DNA of 64,000 nt from Desulfuromonadales bacterium. Lineage in GTDB: Bacteria; Desulfobacterota; Desulfuromonadia; Geobacterales; Pseudopelobacteraceae. The notes below the pieces were generated by a model. It ran no database searches, was not told where the DNA came from, and saw only the letters and a program-made list of their open reading frames with translations. Shown here in pieces: positions 53,778 to 62,276 of this stretch. Positions within the stretch are counted from its first letter, which is position 1. Every line of letters begins with the position of its first letter. Location: assembly GCA_037129245.1 (NCBI GenBank), contig JBAXVE010000002.1, positions 23,441 to 87,440 on the forward strand. Reading direction: 5' to 3'. The translations under genes and the position numbers were made by a program.

Positions 53778-55097
53778 ATGAAAGGATTTGCGGTGAAAGA
53801 ACTGCTGCTCATAACCGATGTGGCGCGGCTTATCGACGTATTCGGCCAGCTTGCTGATGGTGCGCCGGTGAGGCTGCGCGTCGCCAACACACTGGACGCC
53901 GGCGGTGAAGAGCTTTCCCTGGTCAGGCCGGACGTCGTGTTTGTCCAGACCCACCTGTCAGGGCTTTCAGCCGATATTCTGCTTCTGCACCTGAAACGGA
54001 TGGTTCACGGCGAACAGCCGGCTTACATCCTGCTGGCGACCGGTGCACAGGCATCCGGCTCGGTCCTGCAGCTTTTTCAAGGGTGGATCGACACGTCGCT
54101 CGATAACCGGCAGCTTATGCCGAAAATCCTGGATCTGCTTGCCGCAATGCCCGGCAGCGAGAGCGGTGGAGATTCAATTGCGTTGCCGCAAGTTCGCCAG
54201 GAAGCCGATATTTCCTTTTTTGCGGCCGCTCCCGACCAATCAGCTGCGGTGGAAGAACCGACTCCGGCTGACCTCGGCATCGGGTATCCCACCAGGAAAC
54301 GTCCCCGCATCGATTCAGAGTTCAACAGTTCATTCGATAATGCCGTCAGTCGTACAGCTGAACCTGAAGCGGTGTCACAGGTCGCTCCGTCCGTCGATGA
54401 TTATCTTATTCCTGATCAGGAAGCCCCGGGTCGCAGCCGCAGGAAAAGCTCCCGGCTGCAGAGCTTTGTGTTGTGGCTGGTTCCGGTGGTCGCAGTTGTT
54501 ATCGGGGTGACGTATCTGCAAGTGGGTCGGCAGTCTCAGGAGGCCCCCGTAAAGCCCGCTGCAGATAAGCCTGATGACGTTAAAAAGCCGGGCCTTGCGG
54601 CGATTTCTTCATCGAGGAAAACGCTTGCGCACCTATCATCGTCACAGAAACCGGTGCAGAAGAAAATCTCGACTTCCCGGCCAGCAGCAGGTGCCAGCAA
54701 AAATCAGGGAGAGGGAAATCGCCCCGAAGCGGTGTCCCGGAGACCAGCGGTGCTGCCGGGGTTCATACCCCGTGAAGCGATTGACAGGCAGTACAGCGTC
54801 AGCCATCCCAACTGGGAGCGCTATGTGACCCGTGACACGGAATATCGTGTCAGCAGAGAAAACAGCGACATTCATGCACTACAGGTTATTGCCCGGAGCG
54901 GAACAAGCATTTCCGGCGGGTTCCTCGACAGCGTATTCCGGAGTCTTGAGCTTGGTCAGACATTTACGCTTGAATCAGCGACTCAGGAGAAGGACTTCAA
55001 GGTTGAACGGGGACGGCTGGAGGGGAACATCAGACTGGTCTACTATCGTGACAAACGGAGTAATGGTCTCAAGGCATTCGTAATTTCCTGGCAGTAA
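53778..55097 (+). CDS. hypothetical single-pass membrane protein with a degenerate receiver-like N-terminal domain
   Basis: Residues 1-125 show a beta-alpha alternation resembling CheY (LLLITD..., PDVVFVQTHLSG, YILLATG), but with Gln where the phospho-acceptor Asp would sit. A disordered linker, a TM helix (FVLWLVPVVAVVIGVTYL), a Pro/Lys-rich spacer and an unrecognised C-terminal domain of about 110 aa follow. Confidence 0.55.
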   Translation: MKGFAVKELLLITDVARLIDVFGQLADGAPVRLRVANTLDAGGEELSLVRPDVVFVQTHLSGLSADILLLHLKRMVHGEQPAYILLATGAQASGSVLQLFQGWIDTSLDNRQLMPKILDLLAAMPGSESGGDSIALPQVRQEADISFFAAAPDQSAAVEEPTPADLGIGYPTRKRPRIDSEFNSSFDNAVSRTAEPEAVSQVAPSVDDYLIPDQEAPGRSRRKSSRLQSFVLWLVPVVAVVIGVTYLQVGRQSQEAPVKPAADKPDDVKKPGLAAISSSRKTLAHLSSSQKPVQKKISTSRPAAGASKNQGEGNRPEAVSRRPAVLPGFIPREAIDRQYSVSHPNWERYVTRDTEYRVSRENSDIHALQVIARSGTSISGGFLDSVFRSLELGQTFTLESATQEKDFKVERGRLEGNIRLVYYRDKRSNGLKAFVISWQ

Positions 55098-55136
55098 TTC
55101 CAATTACAGGTCTAAACCCCATCTTTGTTGGCTTGT

Positions 55137-55895
55137 CTACTGATCCGATAGTTTAAGGTAGCATTCGGCCTTATAGAGGTTGGCGTCGGCAGCCAGCGGC
55201 GACGATGGGTATTTCGCCAGGAAGCGGTCAAACAGCGTCAGAGCCGTGCTGAAATCCTCCTGGCGATAGGCATTCATGGCATTTTGAAAGGCGCTTTGGC
55301 TGGCGGCTGAATTTTTGGTCGGTTTTGCAGCAGATGCCCGCAGATTACCGGCGTCAGACTGGCGGTCAGCAGCAATTTTCCTTCCTTTCGGCTGTGCCGC
55401 CTGGAGCGGTGCCCGCTCTTCGGGCATACTCTTTTTTGTGTTCGTCGTCTGTTCGACAGGTTCCGTCAGGGACGTTTCTTCAGTTTGTTTTCGTGGAGCT
55501 GGCGGTGCAGTTTTTTTCTGGCTGACAGCCTGTTTCCTGGTGGGAGCGGGTGGCCCCTGCAGGTTTTTTGTCGCAGCTGACGAGCCTGATCGGGGCATCG
55601 GCACCTTGAGGGTATCCCCGACAAAGATCTGATCAGGATTCTTGATATTATTGAACAGCAGAATCTGGGGATAGTACATCCCCCGGCCGCTGTACCGTTT
55701 GGAAATTCCGTATAAACTGTCCCCCTTTTCAACAGGGACTTCCCTGACACGCAGGGAGCCATCCTTCGATTGGGTTGCAGCATCTCCCGAGGGAACGGCC
55801 TGCGGCACATAGAGATAATCCTGCCCCAGTACCGGTAGCGCAGCCAGGCAGACGAACAGTGCAGCGGTTGTGCTGAGATATGGCAGTCGTGTCAT
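55137..55895 (-). CDS. secreted LysM domain protein with C-terminal CpoB/YbgF-like TPR module
   Basis: Has a signal peptide (LFVCLAALPVLGQ), a LysM domain (EKGDSLYGISKRY...IFVGDTLKVP), a Pro/Lys/Thr linker and a C-terminal FQNAMNAYRQEDFSTALTLFDRFLAKYPSSPLAADANLYKAECY. The ATG lies 1 nt after the upstream stop. Confidence 0.75.
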   Translation of the reverse strand: MTRLPYLSTTAALFVCLAALPVLGQDYLYVPQAVPSGDAATQSKDGSLRVREVPVEKGDSLYGISKRYSGRGMYYPQILLFNNIKNPDQIFVGDTLKVPMPRSGSSAATKNLQGPPAPTRKQAVSQKKTAPPAPRKQTEETSLTEPVEQTTNTKKSMPEERAPLQAAQPKGRKIAADRQSDAGNLRASAAKPTKNSAASQSAFQNAMNAYRQEDFSTALTLFDRFLAKYPSSPLAADANLYKAECYLKLSDQ

Positions 55896-55896
55896 G

Positions 55897-58722
55897 TCAA
55901 TACCTGTTCCCCAGCTGGTCTTCATATCCGAGAATGTTCTTTACCTGAATTGCGGTTCCCACGCCTGTTCCCTGCTTGACCCTGAACGAGACTTTTATGT
56001 TCCGCTTTTCACCGGCGCCCAGCTCCTTGAATTTCCAGATAACGGCACCGTTGGTAAAGGTACTGTTGGATGGGTCGGCGGCAACCAGTTCCAGCTGGTC
56101 CGGCCAGACGCTCTGCAGCTCTACGATCCTGGCGAGGTTTGAGCCCCTGTTGGTAATGGTCAGGTCGAATGAGGCAATGTCACCCGGTTTGAGACGGCCA
56201 TCCTGGCCTACCATCGCCATCTGTAAAACCGGGCGGGAATACAACAGTCTGGTTGTGCCTGAAGCCGAGCGGGTTGACTCTCCCTCTGACACAAATGATA
56301 CGGTTACCCTGCCATCACTGCCATCGCCGGCAGAACGGGGGGTTTTAATTTCCACCACAACACTGGCCTCTTCTTTGGGAGCCAGGGGGCCGATTTCTCT
56401 GATTACCGGTTCGCTTGCCTGGCGGATGCCGTCACGATTGATGTCGTGAAAAAGAATCGCATCCTGGGCCCCTTCTACCCTGGAAGAAACCCTGAATTTT
56501 TCACGAATATTGCCCGTATTCGTCACGATGAACGGAACCGTGATGGTCTGGCCGGGAATGACTACCTGACGGTCAGAGCCCGTGCGAACCGCAATGCCAC
56601 GCTGGGACTGTACCGATATGACATTTGAAACAAACGCCGCCGTCGTCTTGAGTTCGTTATTAATAAGTTCGGCACGGGTGGATAACTCCTGCTGTGCAAG
56701 GGAATCGGCCTTCAGCTGGAACGCAACGGAGAACTCACGGCTCTGACCAGAATTGACCTGCAGACCGTCAAAAACGAGGGCCGACTTCGATTCCTGCCGG
56801 AGACCGGCAGCACCATAATCCACCGGCTCAAGCTGCGGCGGGTAGCTCAGCCTGAACGTGACATTCTGGGCGGCTGTGGAGCCTATGTTGAGTACGGCAA
56901 CCCGGTAGACGATCTTTTCGCCGGGAAGCGGGGATGATTTATCCGTTTTCAGGACGGCGCGCAACAGCGGTGCAGAAGCCACCAGACGAACTTCGCGTGA
57001 CTGACTGGCTTCCGCCATCAGGCGCGAGGCGACTTTGATGGGGTAGGTCAGGCGGAGGCCGTCTATGCTGGTAGCCGGAATGACCAGATCAACGGTGCCC
57101 CTGAAGGTTTCGCCCCGGGCAAGAACCGGTGTCTGCGTGATTGCCGAGTCAGGAGCGGTAGCAGCGTAAAAACGGGCTCTGAACTCCGCGGGAAACGATG
57201 AGTCTAGAGTGAAAGAGTCGTTGCCGTTGCCGCGGTTGATGACTTCAAACGGTATGCTGATACGACGGGCTACGTTGTAAGCTTCCGACCGTGCCAGCAG
57301 GTTGAATTCGAAGCCGGCATACTGGGCGACCACAAGGCGCAGTACCTGGGCATTTTCCGGAAGGGTTTCAATCCCGGAATATTTCGGCAGGGCAACCGCA
57401 ATTCCCAGTTCGCGCAATTTTGCTGCGGCACTGTTTGCGGCTGGCGATGCAGGATACTTTTCGATAATCATCTTGTACTGGGCGATGGCTTTCTCCCGCA
57501 TCGTATTTCTGCCAGTACGCTTCTTGTCCGCTGCGCCCCTCTGCTGTACAGCCGGCCGCCTGGTCTCTCCTGCTTTGGCGACCTTCACGGCAGCCACCGG
57601 CTCCTGGTCTTTCTTTTCAACAGCAGCCTTTTCTTCAGTCCGCTTAAGCGATGCAATGCGCTCGGCTTCGGCCTCTTCGGCTTTCTGCGCCGCCAGCCGC
57701 TCCTGCTCCTTCTTCTCGACAGCAGCAACCTTCTTTGCGTTTGCGTCTTCAGCTTTCAACGCGGCTAACCGTTCCTGCTCTTTCTTTTCAGCAGCGGCTT
57801 TTTCCTCGGCCTGCTTTTGTGCCGCTACCCTTGTAGCTTCTGCATCAGCAGTCTTCTTTGCTTCCGCAACTTTTACCACTGCCAGCCGTTCCTGTTCCTT
57901 CTTTTCTGCGGCGGCTTTTTCTTCAGCTTTTTTCAATTCCTCTGCCCGTGCAGCTTCAGCAGCGGTCAGCTGTTTAGCCGTCTCAGCTTTGATGCTTGCA
58001 ACCTGCCGTTCCTGTTCCGCCCGGACTCTGGCAGCCTGTTCGGCCTCCGCACGTTCCTTTTCAAGCGCTGCAGATTTACGCATATCCTCTGTCTTCAGCA
58101 CAACCAGCCGCTGCTGCTCCTTCTTCTCAGCCTCGGCTGCGGCCTTGCGCATCTCTTCGGCTTTCCGGGACGCTATCTGATCCTGTTCACGTTTATCGGC
58201 AGCAGCCTTCTCTTCAGCCTGTTTCTGGGCCGCAATTCGTGCGGCCTCGGCTGCCGCCGTCGCTTTTTTGGTCTCTTCGGATTTCTGCACCACCTGCTGA
58301 GCGACCTGCTGTCGGGGCGGAGTTCCGCCGGTCGGCAGCCGCTCACCTTTGTCGTAACGGGTAGCAAGAGCCAGTAATTCGTCTTCTACGGTCCCCCGTA
58401 GCGGGTTATCGGGATATTCCTTCGAAAATTGCGAGAGGAACCGTGCGGCTTCCTGTTGATTTCCGGTTTTAAAATAGGAGCGGGAGAGCCAGAAGAGTGC
58501 CATGTCACGGAGGGGAGTGTCGGGGTATTTTTTAAGTACCTCGTTCATTTTCTCAATGGCTGAGGTGTAATCTTTCTGCTGGTAGGCGTTAAATCCGGCA
58601 ATAAAAATCTGCGAATCTTCAGAGTCCTGACAGAATACGGGGGATACAACAAGAGATGAAATTATTGCCAGCACGACCAGAAGTCGAGGAAGTGTATTGA
58701 GTAATAATTTCAATGGGTTCAC
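55897..58722 (-). CDS. 941-aa secreted protein: CpoB/YbgF-like TPR + approximately 250-aa Glu/Lys/Ala coiled coil (TolA domain II-like) + four Ig-like (DUF11/CARDB-type) domains
   Basis: Has a signal peptide (LLVVLAIISSLVVSPVF), then FIAGFNAYQQKDYTSAIEKMNEVLKKYPDTPLRDMALFWLSRSY. The repetitive AEEKAAAEKKEQERLA coil follows, then a second KYPASPAA module. C-terminal repeats carry GEKIVYRVAVLNIGSTAAQNV, GQTITVPFIVTNTGN and GDIASFDLTITNRGSN. GTG start with AAGAGG upstream. Confidence 0.75.
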   Translation of the reverse strand: MNPLKLLLNTLPRLLVVLAIISSLVVSPVFCQDSEDSQIFIAGFNAYQQKDYTSAIEKMNEVLKKYPDTPLRDMALFWLSRSYFKTGNQQEAARFLSQFSKEYPDNPLRGTVEDELLALATRYDKGERLPTGGTPPRQQVAQQVVQKSEETKKATAAAEAARIAAQKQAEEKAAADKREQDQIASRKAEEMRKAAAEAEKKEQQRLVVLKTEDMRKSAALEKERAEAEQAARVRAEQERQVASIKAETAKQLTAAEAARAEELKKAEEKAAAEKKEQERLAVVKVAEAKKTADAEATRVAAQKQAEEKAAAEKKEQERLAALKAEDANAKKVAAVEKKEQERLAAQKAEEAEAERIASLKRTEEKAAVEKKDQEPVAAVKVAKAGETRRPAVQQRGAADKKRTGRNTMREKAIAQYKMIIEKYPASPAANSAAAKLRELGIAVALPKYSGIETLPENAQVLRLVVAQYAGFEFNLLARSEAYNVARRISIPFEVINRGNGNDSFTLDSSFPAEFRARFYAATAPDSAITQTPVLARGETFRGTVDLVIPATSIDGLRLTYPIKVASRLMAEASQSREVRLVASAPLLRAVLKTDKSSPLPGEKIVYRVAVLNIGSTAAQNVTFRLSYPPQLEPVDYGAAGLRQESKSALVFDGLQVNSGQSREFSVAFQLKADSLAQQELSTRAELINNELKTTAAFVSNVISVQSQRGIAVRTGSDRQVVIPGQTITVPFIVTNTGNIREKFRVSSRVEGAQDAILFHDINRDGIRQASEPVIREIGPLAPKEEASVVVEIKTPRSAGDGSDGRVTVSFVSEGESTRSASGTTRLLYSRPVLQMAMVGQDGRLKPGDIASFDLTITNRGSNLARIVELQSVWPDQLELVAADPSNSTFTNGAVIWKFKELGAGEKRNIKVSFRVKQGTGVGTAIQVKNILGYEDQLGNRY
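57525..58275 (-). repeat. degenerate in-frame coding repeats (E/K/A-rich coil)
   Basis: The 16-aa peptide AEEKAAAEKKEQERLA is encoded twice (57881-57927 and 57761-57810). A shorter EKKEQERLA copy sits at 57691-57717 and KKEQQRLV near 58100-58125. Confidence 0.7.
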
Positions 58723-58804
58723 GCTGTTTGACCTCTTATGGCCGGCTACGCGGATGTACGGCGCACGGAGAGCTGTATAGAATTGCTACAGGTAAAATGC
58801 TCTC

Positions 58805-58833
58805 TAAATAGCACCTCTCCATGCCCTTGTCAA
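58805..58833 (-). promoter_or_regulatory. candidate sigma-70 promoter for the 941-aa gene
   Basis: The minus strand reads TTGACA-N17-TATTTA about 80 nt upstream of the start codon. Confidence 0.35.
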
Positions 58834-58927
58834 CGAAAGAAACAGCCGGGAAGAGAGTCTGAAACCTTTGTGTAAAGCGTGTTCAAGGGCATTTTCCGGG
58901 CTCGGGGATATGCCATCTGACCTGCTA

Positions 58928-60148
58928 TCAGCGAATACTGTCCTCCGGATAGGCGCCGATGTTGTGAATGGCAAGATCTGCTCCGGCGAACTCGTCATCC
59001 TGATCAAGGCGAATGCCGACTGTTTTGTTCAGTGCACCGTAGACCACGAAGCCGCTGATCAGAGCAAAAACGATGGCCGAAAGAGATCCGGCGAGCTGAG
59101 ATACCAGGCTGACCCCCCCCATCCCGCCGAAGAATTTCTGTCCGAAAATACCTGCCGCAATTCCCCCCCAGGAGCCGATAACGCCATGCAACGGCCAGAC
59201 CCCCAGCACATCGTCGATCTTGAGCTTCTCCTGTTCAAAGTGAAATCCGTAGACAAAGATCAGTGATGCGATGCATCCGACTGCAAACGAAGCCAGCGGA
59301 TGCATGATGTCGCTGCCGGCACAGACTGCGATCAAACCTGCCAGGGCACCGTTGTGCACGAAACCGGGGTCGTTCCTACCGGCGACAAGGGCCGCCAGGG
59401 TGCCCCCCACCATTGCCATCAGTGAGTTGACCGCCACCAGGCCGGAGATTTTGTCGAAATTTCCCGCGCTCATTACGTTGAAACCGAACCAGCCGACGGC
59501 CAGTATCCAGGAGCCGAGCGCCAGAAATGGTATGTTGCTGACCAGAATGGGGTGTGATTTGCCACGAACATAACGCCCCATGCGGGGGCCAAGTATCAGT
59601 ACTGCCGGTAGCGCGATCCAGCCACCGATGGAGTGTACGACCACCGAACCGGCATAGTCGTGGAATTCAGCGCCTCCGATAGATTTAAAGATGCTTTGCA
59701 GCTTCGATGCATTCTGCCCCCAGATCAGGGACTCGAAGAGCGGGTAGGTGATCCCCACAAAGATGGCGCCAGCTGCCACCTGCGGCCAGAATTTGGCCCG
59801 TTCGGCGATGCCACCGGAAATAATTGCCGGTATGCAGGCTGCAAAGCAGAGCAGGAAAAAATAGTGAACCAGATCATATCCCTGGGTTTTGCCAAGCAGT
59901 TCTTCGGCCGGTTTCAGGAATGAGATGCCGTAGGCAATCGGAAATCCGACTATGAAGTAAACGACGGTCGAAACCGACCAGTCGGTGAGGATTTTTACGA
60001 ATGCGTTGACCTGGTTCTTCTTGCGAACCGTTCCGACTTCGAGGAAGGCGAAACCTGCATGCATGGCGAAAACCATTACCGCACCCAGCATCAGAAAAAG
60101 GACATCAGCGCTGCTCTTGAGGACGGGAACCGTCGTCATGCCATCCAT
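58928..60148 (-). CDS. amtB: ammonium transporter (Amt family)
   Basis: FAMHAGFAFLEVG, the AGSVVVHSIGGW and GVWPLHGVIGSWGG (twin-His) blocks, and 11 TM helices are present. ATG 60148 has GGAGG 8 nt upstream. The ORF opens at 60163. Confidence 0.93.
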   Translation of the reverse strand: MDGMTTVPVLKSSADVLFLMLGAVMVFAMHAGFAFLEVGTVRKKNQVNAFVKILTDWSVSTVVYFIVGFPIAYGISFLKPAEELLGKTQGYDLVHYFFLLCFAACIPAIISGGIAERAKFWPQVAAGAIFVGITYPLFESLIWGQNASKLQSIFKSIGGAEFHDYAGSVVVHSIGGWIALPAVLILGPRMGRYVRGKSHPILVSNIPFLALGSWILAVGWFGFNVMSAGNFDKISGLVAVNSLMAMVGGTLAALVAGRNDPGFVHNGALAGLIAVCAGSDIMHPLASFAVGCIASLIFVYGFHFEQEKLKIDDVLGVWPLHGVIGSWGGIAAGIFGQKFFGGMGGVSLVSQLAGSLSAIVFALISGFVVYGALNKTVGIRLDQDDEFAGADLAIHNIGAYPEDSIR

Positions 60149-60206
60149 ACAGATTACCTCCATTGGTGTCTGTTCTTATGCCCATCGTTGGGCGTTTGGG
60201 CTGAAA

Positions 60207-60222
60207 GCAAAAATGCCGCCAA
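60207..60222 (-). promoter_or_regulatory. candidate sigma-54 (-24/-12) promoter for amt
   Basis: The minus strand reads TTGGCGGCATTTTTGCT. The GG and GC elements sit at the exact consensus spacing (TGGCACG-N4-TTGC), about 45-60 nt upstream of the amt start. Confidence 0.55.
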
Positions 60223-60362
60223 CATGCTAACTTATTGAAATAAATAACTACCTGTAGTAAAAGCTGACTGCTGGCTGCTGATAATCTAAGCAGGATGCCC
60301 GAATAACGAGCAGAACGACAAGGCGCTTTTCATTTTTTCCCCAACCGCGTAGGATTACCGCC

Positions 60363-62225
60363 ATGAGCCTTGAAGACAAACTACGGCAGCTACCAGCTGT
60401 GCCCGGCGTCTACATCATGCGCGATGCCGCAGGGACGATTATCTATATCGGCAAAGCCCGCAGCCTGCGCCCGCGGGTACGCTCGTACTTCAACGCTTCC
60501 GGCGACTCCCGCTACCAGGTCAAATTTCTGGTGGCTAAAATTGCCGATATTGAGATCATCCTTACTGACACCGAGAAGGAAGCGCTGCTGCTGGAAAATA
60601 CCCTTATCAAACAGCACCGCCCCCGCTACAACCTCGATCTCAAAGACGATAAAACCTACTTTTCCCTGCGGCTCGATACACGCGAGAAGTTTCCGCGGCT
60701 TACGGTGGTGCGCAAGCCTCCCCGCGACGGTGCGCGCTACTTCGGCCCCTATTCGTCGGCCTCCGCTGCCCGTGAGGTGCTGCGTCAGGTGGCGCGCATG
60801 TTTCCGCTGCGCCACTACTCCCTGGATGCCTGTATGGCCCGCAAACGCCCCTGTCTGTACCACCAGATCGGCCAGTGCAGTGCTCCCTGCCAGGGTCTGA
60901 TAGCGACAGAAGAGTACGCAACTCTGGTCGAGGGGGTTGTGCTTTTTCTTGACGGCAAAGGGAGACAATTGGTCGCAGAATTCAAACGCCGCATGACCGA
61001 GGCGTCCGCCGGCATGCAGTACGAGGAGGCCGCCCGCTGGCGCAACCTGCTCCGCTCCATCCAGGTGACTGTCGAGAAACAAAAGGTTGTCGCTGCTGAC
61101 GGCGGGGACAGCGATGTGATCGGTTTTCACCGTGACGGATCGCGCATCGAACTGGCAGTGCTGTTCGTACGCGGCGGCGTCCTGTCTGGCAGCCGGCTGT
61201 TCAGCCTGCAGTGGGAACTTGAGGATGAAACCGTACTTGCGGGATTCCTGCAGCAGTATTACGTCGAGGGGGCCTTTATCCCACAAGTCATTCTGTTGTC
61301 GATGGAAATAGAGGGAGCGACTGCTCTGTCCGAACTGCTGTCCGAACTGAAAAGCAGCACGGTGACAATCTGCAGGCCGCAACGGGGCAGCCGAAGGGGC
61401 CTGGTCGAACTGGCCTGCAAAAATGCCGCGGCTGCACTGCGGGAACGGAGCGAGGCCGCCGCTGCGGTCGAGGTAACGCTGAACATGCTGCAGCAGAAGC
61501 TCCACCTGTCCCGCCTGCCAGAGCGGATTGAATGCTATGACATTTCGACGATCCAGGGCCGATTTTCTGTCGGCAGCCGTGCCGTATTCAGCGGAGGTTC
61601 AGCCGACACCGCTCGTTACCGTCACTACCGCATCAGGAATGTGGAAGGGCAGGACGATTTTGCCATGCTGCAGGAAGTTTTCTCCCGCCGTTTCCGCGTC
61701 GATACGGTGGAAAAAGAGGGGCTGCCCGATCTGGTGGTGGTGGACGGCGGCCCCGGCCAGTTGAATGCGGTGCTGGAAATTGTTACCGAACTCGGCCTGG
61801 AAGGGCGGTTCGATCTGGTTTCCCTGGCAAAAAGCCGTGCCGTGAAGGAGAGAGGTGCGGAAGAGGTATGCAGAAGTGACGAGCGCGTTTTTCTGCCGGG
61901 ACGGAAAAATCCGCTGGTGCTGCGGCAGAACTCAGCCGCGTTACTGCTCCTGGCCGGCATCCGCGACGAAGCCCATCGTTTCGCCGTCACCTATCATCGC
62001 ACGCTGCGGGGCAAGGAGGGGATTGCCTCAGGTATCGAACAGCTCCCCGGAATCGGCCCGAAGCGTCGCACGGCGCTGCTCAGGCATTTCGGCAGTCTGC
62101 AACGGCTGAAAGAGGCAACGGTTGCAGAGATAGCTGCCGTTGCCGGAATGAATTGGGCAGCGGCGGAAAAACTGTTCGGAGAGATGAGAGGAACATTCGG
62201 GAGTGTTGATAAAAGTGATGGCTAA
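60363..62225 (+). CDS. uvrC: excinuclease ABC subunit C
   Basis: The GIY-YIG motif (GVYIMRDAAGTIIYIGKA...RVRSYF), a UVR domain (YEEAARWRN), an endonuclease domain and a C-terminal HhH2 (LPGIGPKRRTALLRHFGS) are present. Confidence 0.97.
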   Translation: MSLEDKLRQLPAVPGVYIMRDAAGTIIYIGKARSLRPRVRSYFNASGDSRYQVKFLVAKIADIEIILTDTEKEALLLENTLIKQHRPRYNLDLKDDKTYFSLRLDTREKFPRLTVVRKPPRDGARYFGPYSSASAAREVLRQVARMFPLRHYSLDACMARKRPCLYHQIGQCSAPCQGLIATEEYATLVEGVVLFLDGKGRQLVAEFKRRMTEASAGMQYEEAARWRNLLRSIQVTVEKQKVVAADGGDSDVIGFHRDGSRIELAVLFVRGGVLSGSRLFSLQWELEDETVLAGFLQQYYVEGAFIPQVILLSMEIEGATALSELLSELKSSTVTICRPQRGSRRGLVELACKNAAAALRERSEAAAAVEVTLNMLQQKLHLSRLPERIECYDISTIQGRFSVGSRAVFSGGSADTARYRHYRIRNVEGQDDFAMLQEVFSRRFRVDTVEKEGLPDLVVVDGGPGQLNAVLEIVTELGLEGRFDLVSLAKSRAVKERGAEEVCRSDERVFLPGRKNPLVLRQNSAALLLLAGIRDEAHRFAVTYHRTLRGKEGIASGIEQLPGIGPKRRTALLRHFGSLQRLKEATVAEIAAVAGMNWAAAEKLFGEMRGTFGSVDKSDG

Positions 62226-62230
62226 TCCGG

Positions 62231-62266
62231 TTCCCGGATAGAGGCCTTCCGGGAAGACAGTCTTTT
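62231..62266 (+). terminator. candidate bidirectional terminator hairpin between convergent uvrC and the radical SAM gene
   Basis: TTCCCGGA-N9-TCCGGGAA forms an 8-bp perfect stem, followed after 6 nt by TTTTT. Confidence 0.45.
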
Positions 62267-62276
62267 TGTAAGAGCC

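Noticed and set aside
57302-58377. Plus-strand ORFs of 292, 186 and 122 aa with Ser/Ala/Phe/Leu-rich low-complexity products. I also considered whether the repetitive DNA here could be a CRISPR array or a tandem non-coding repeat.
   Set aside because: They are the antisense reading of the E/K/A coil repeats. The repeats are imperfect, of variable spacing and in frame with a long ORF, and they have no spacer-like unique inserts.
60390-61505. A 371-aa minus-strand ORF. A 312-aa ORF at 51221-52159 is similar.
   Set aside because: These are antisense shadows of uvrC and gmd respectively. Both sense genes have unambiguous family signatures along their full length.
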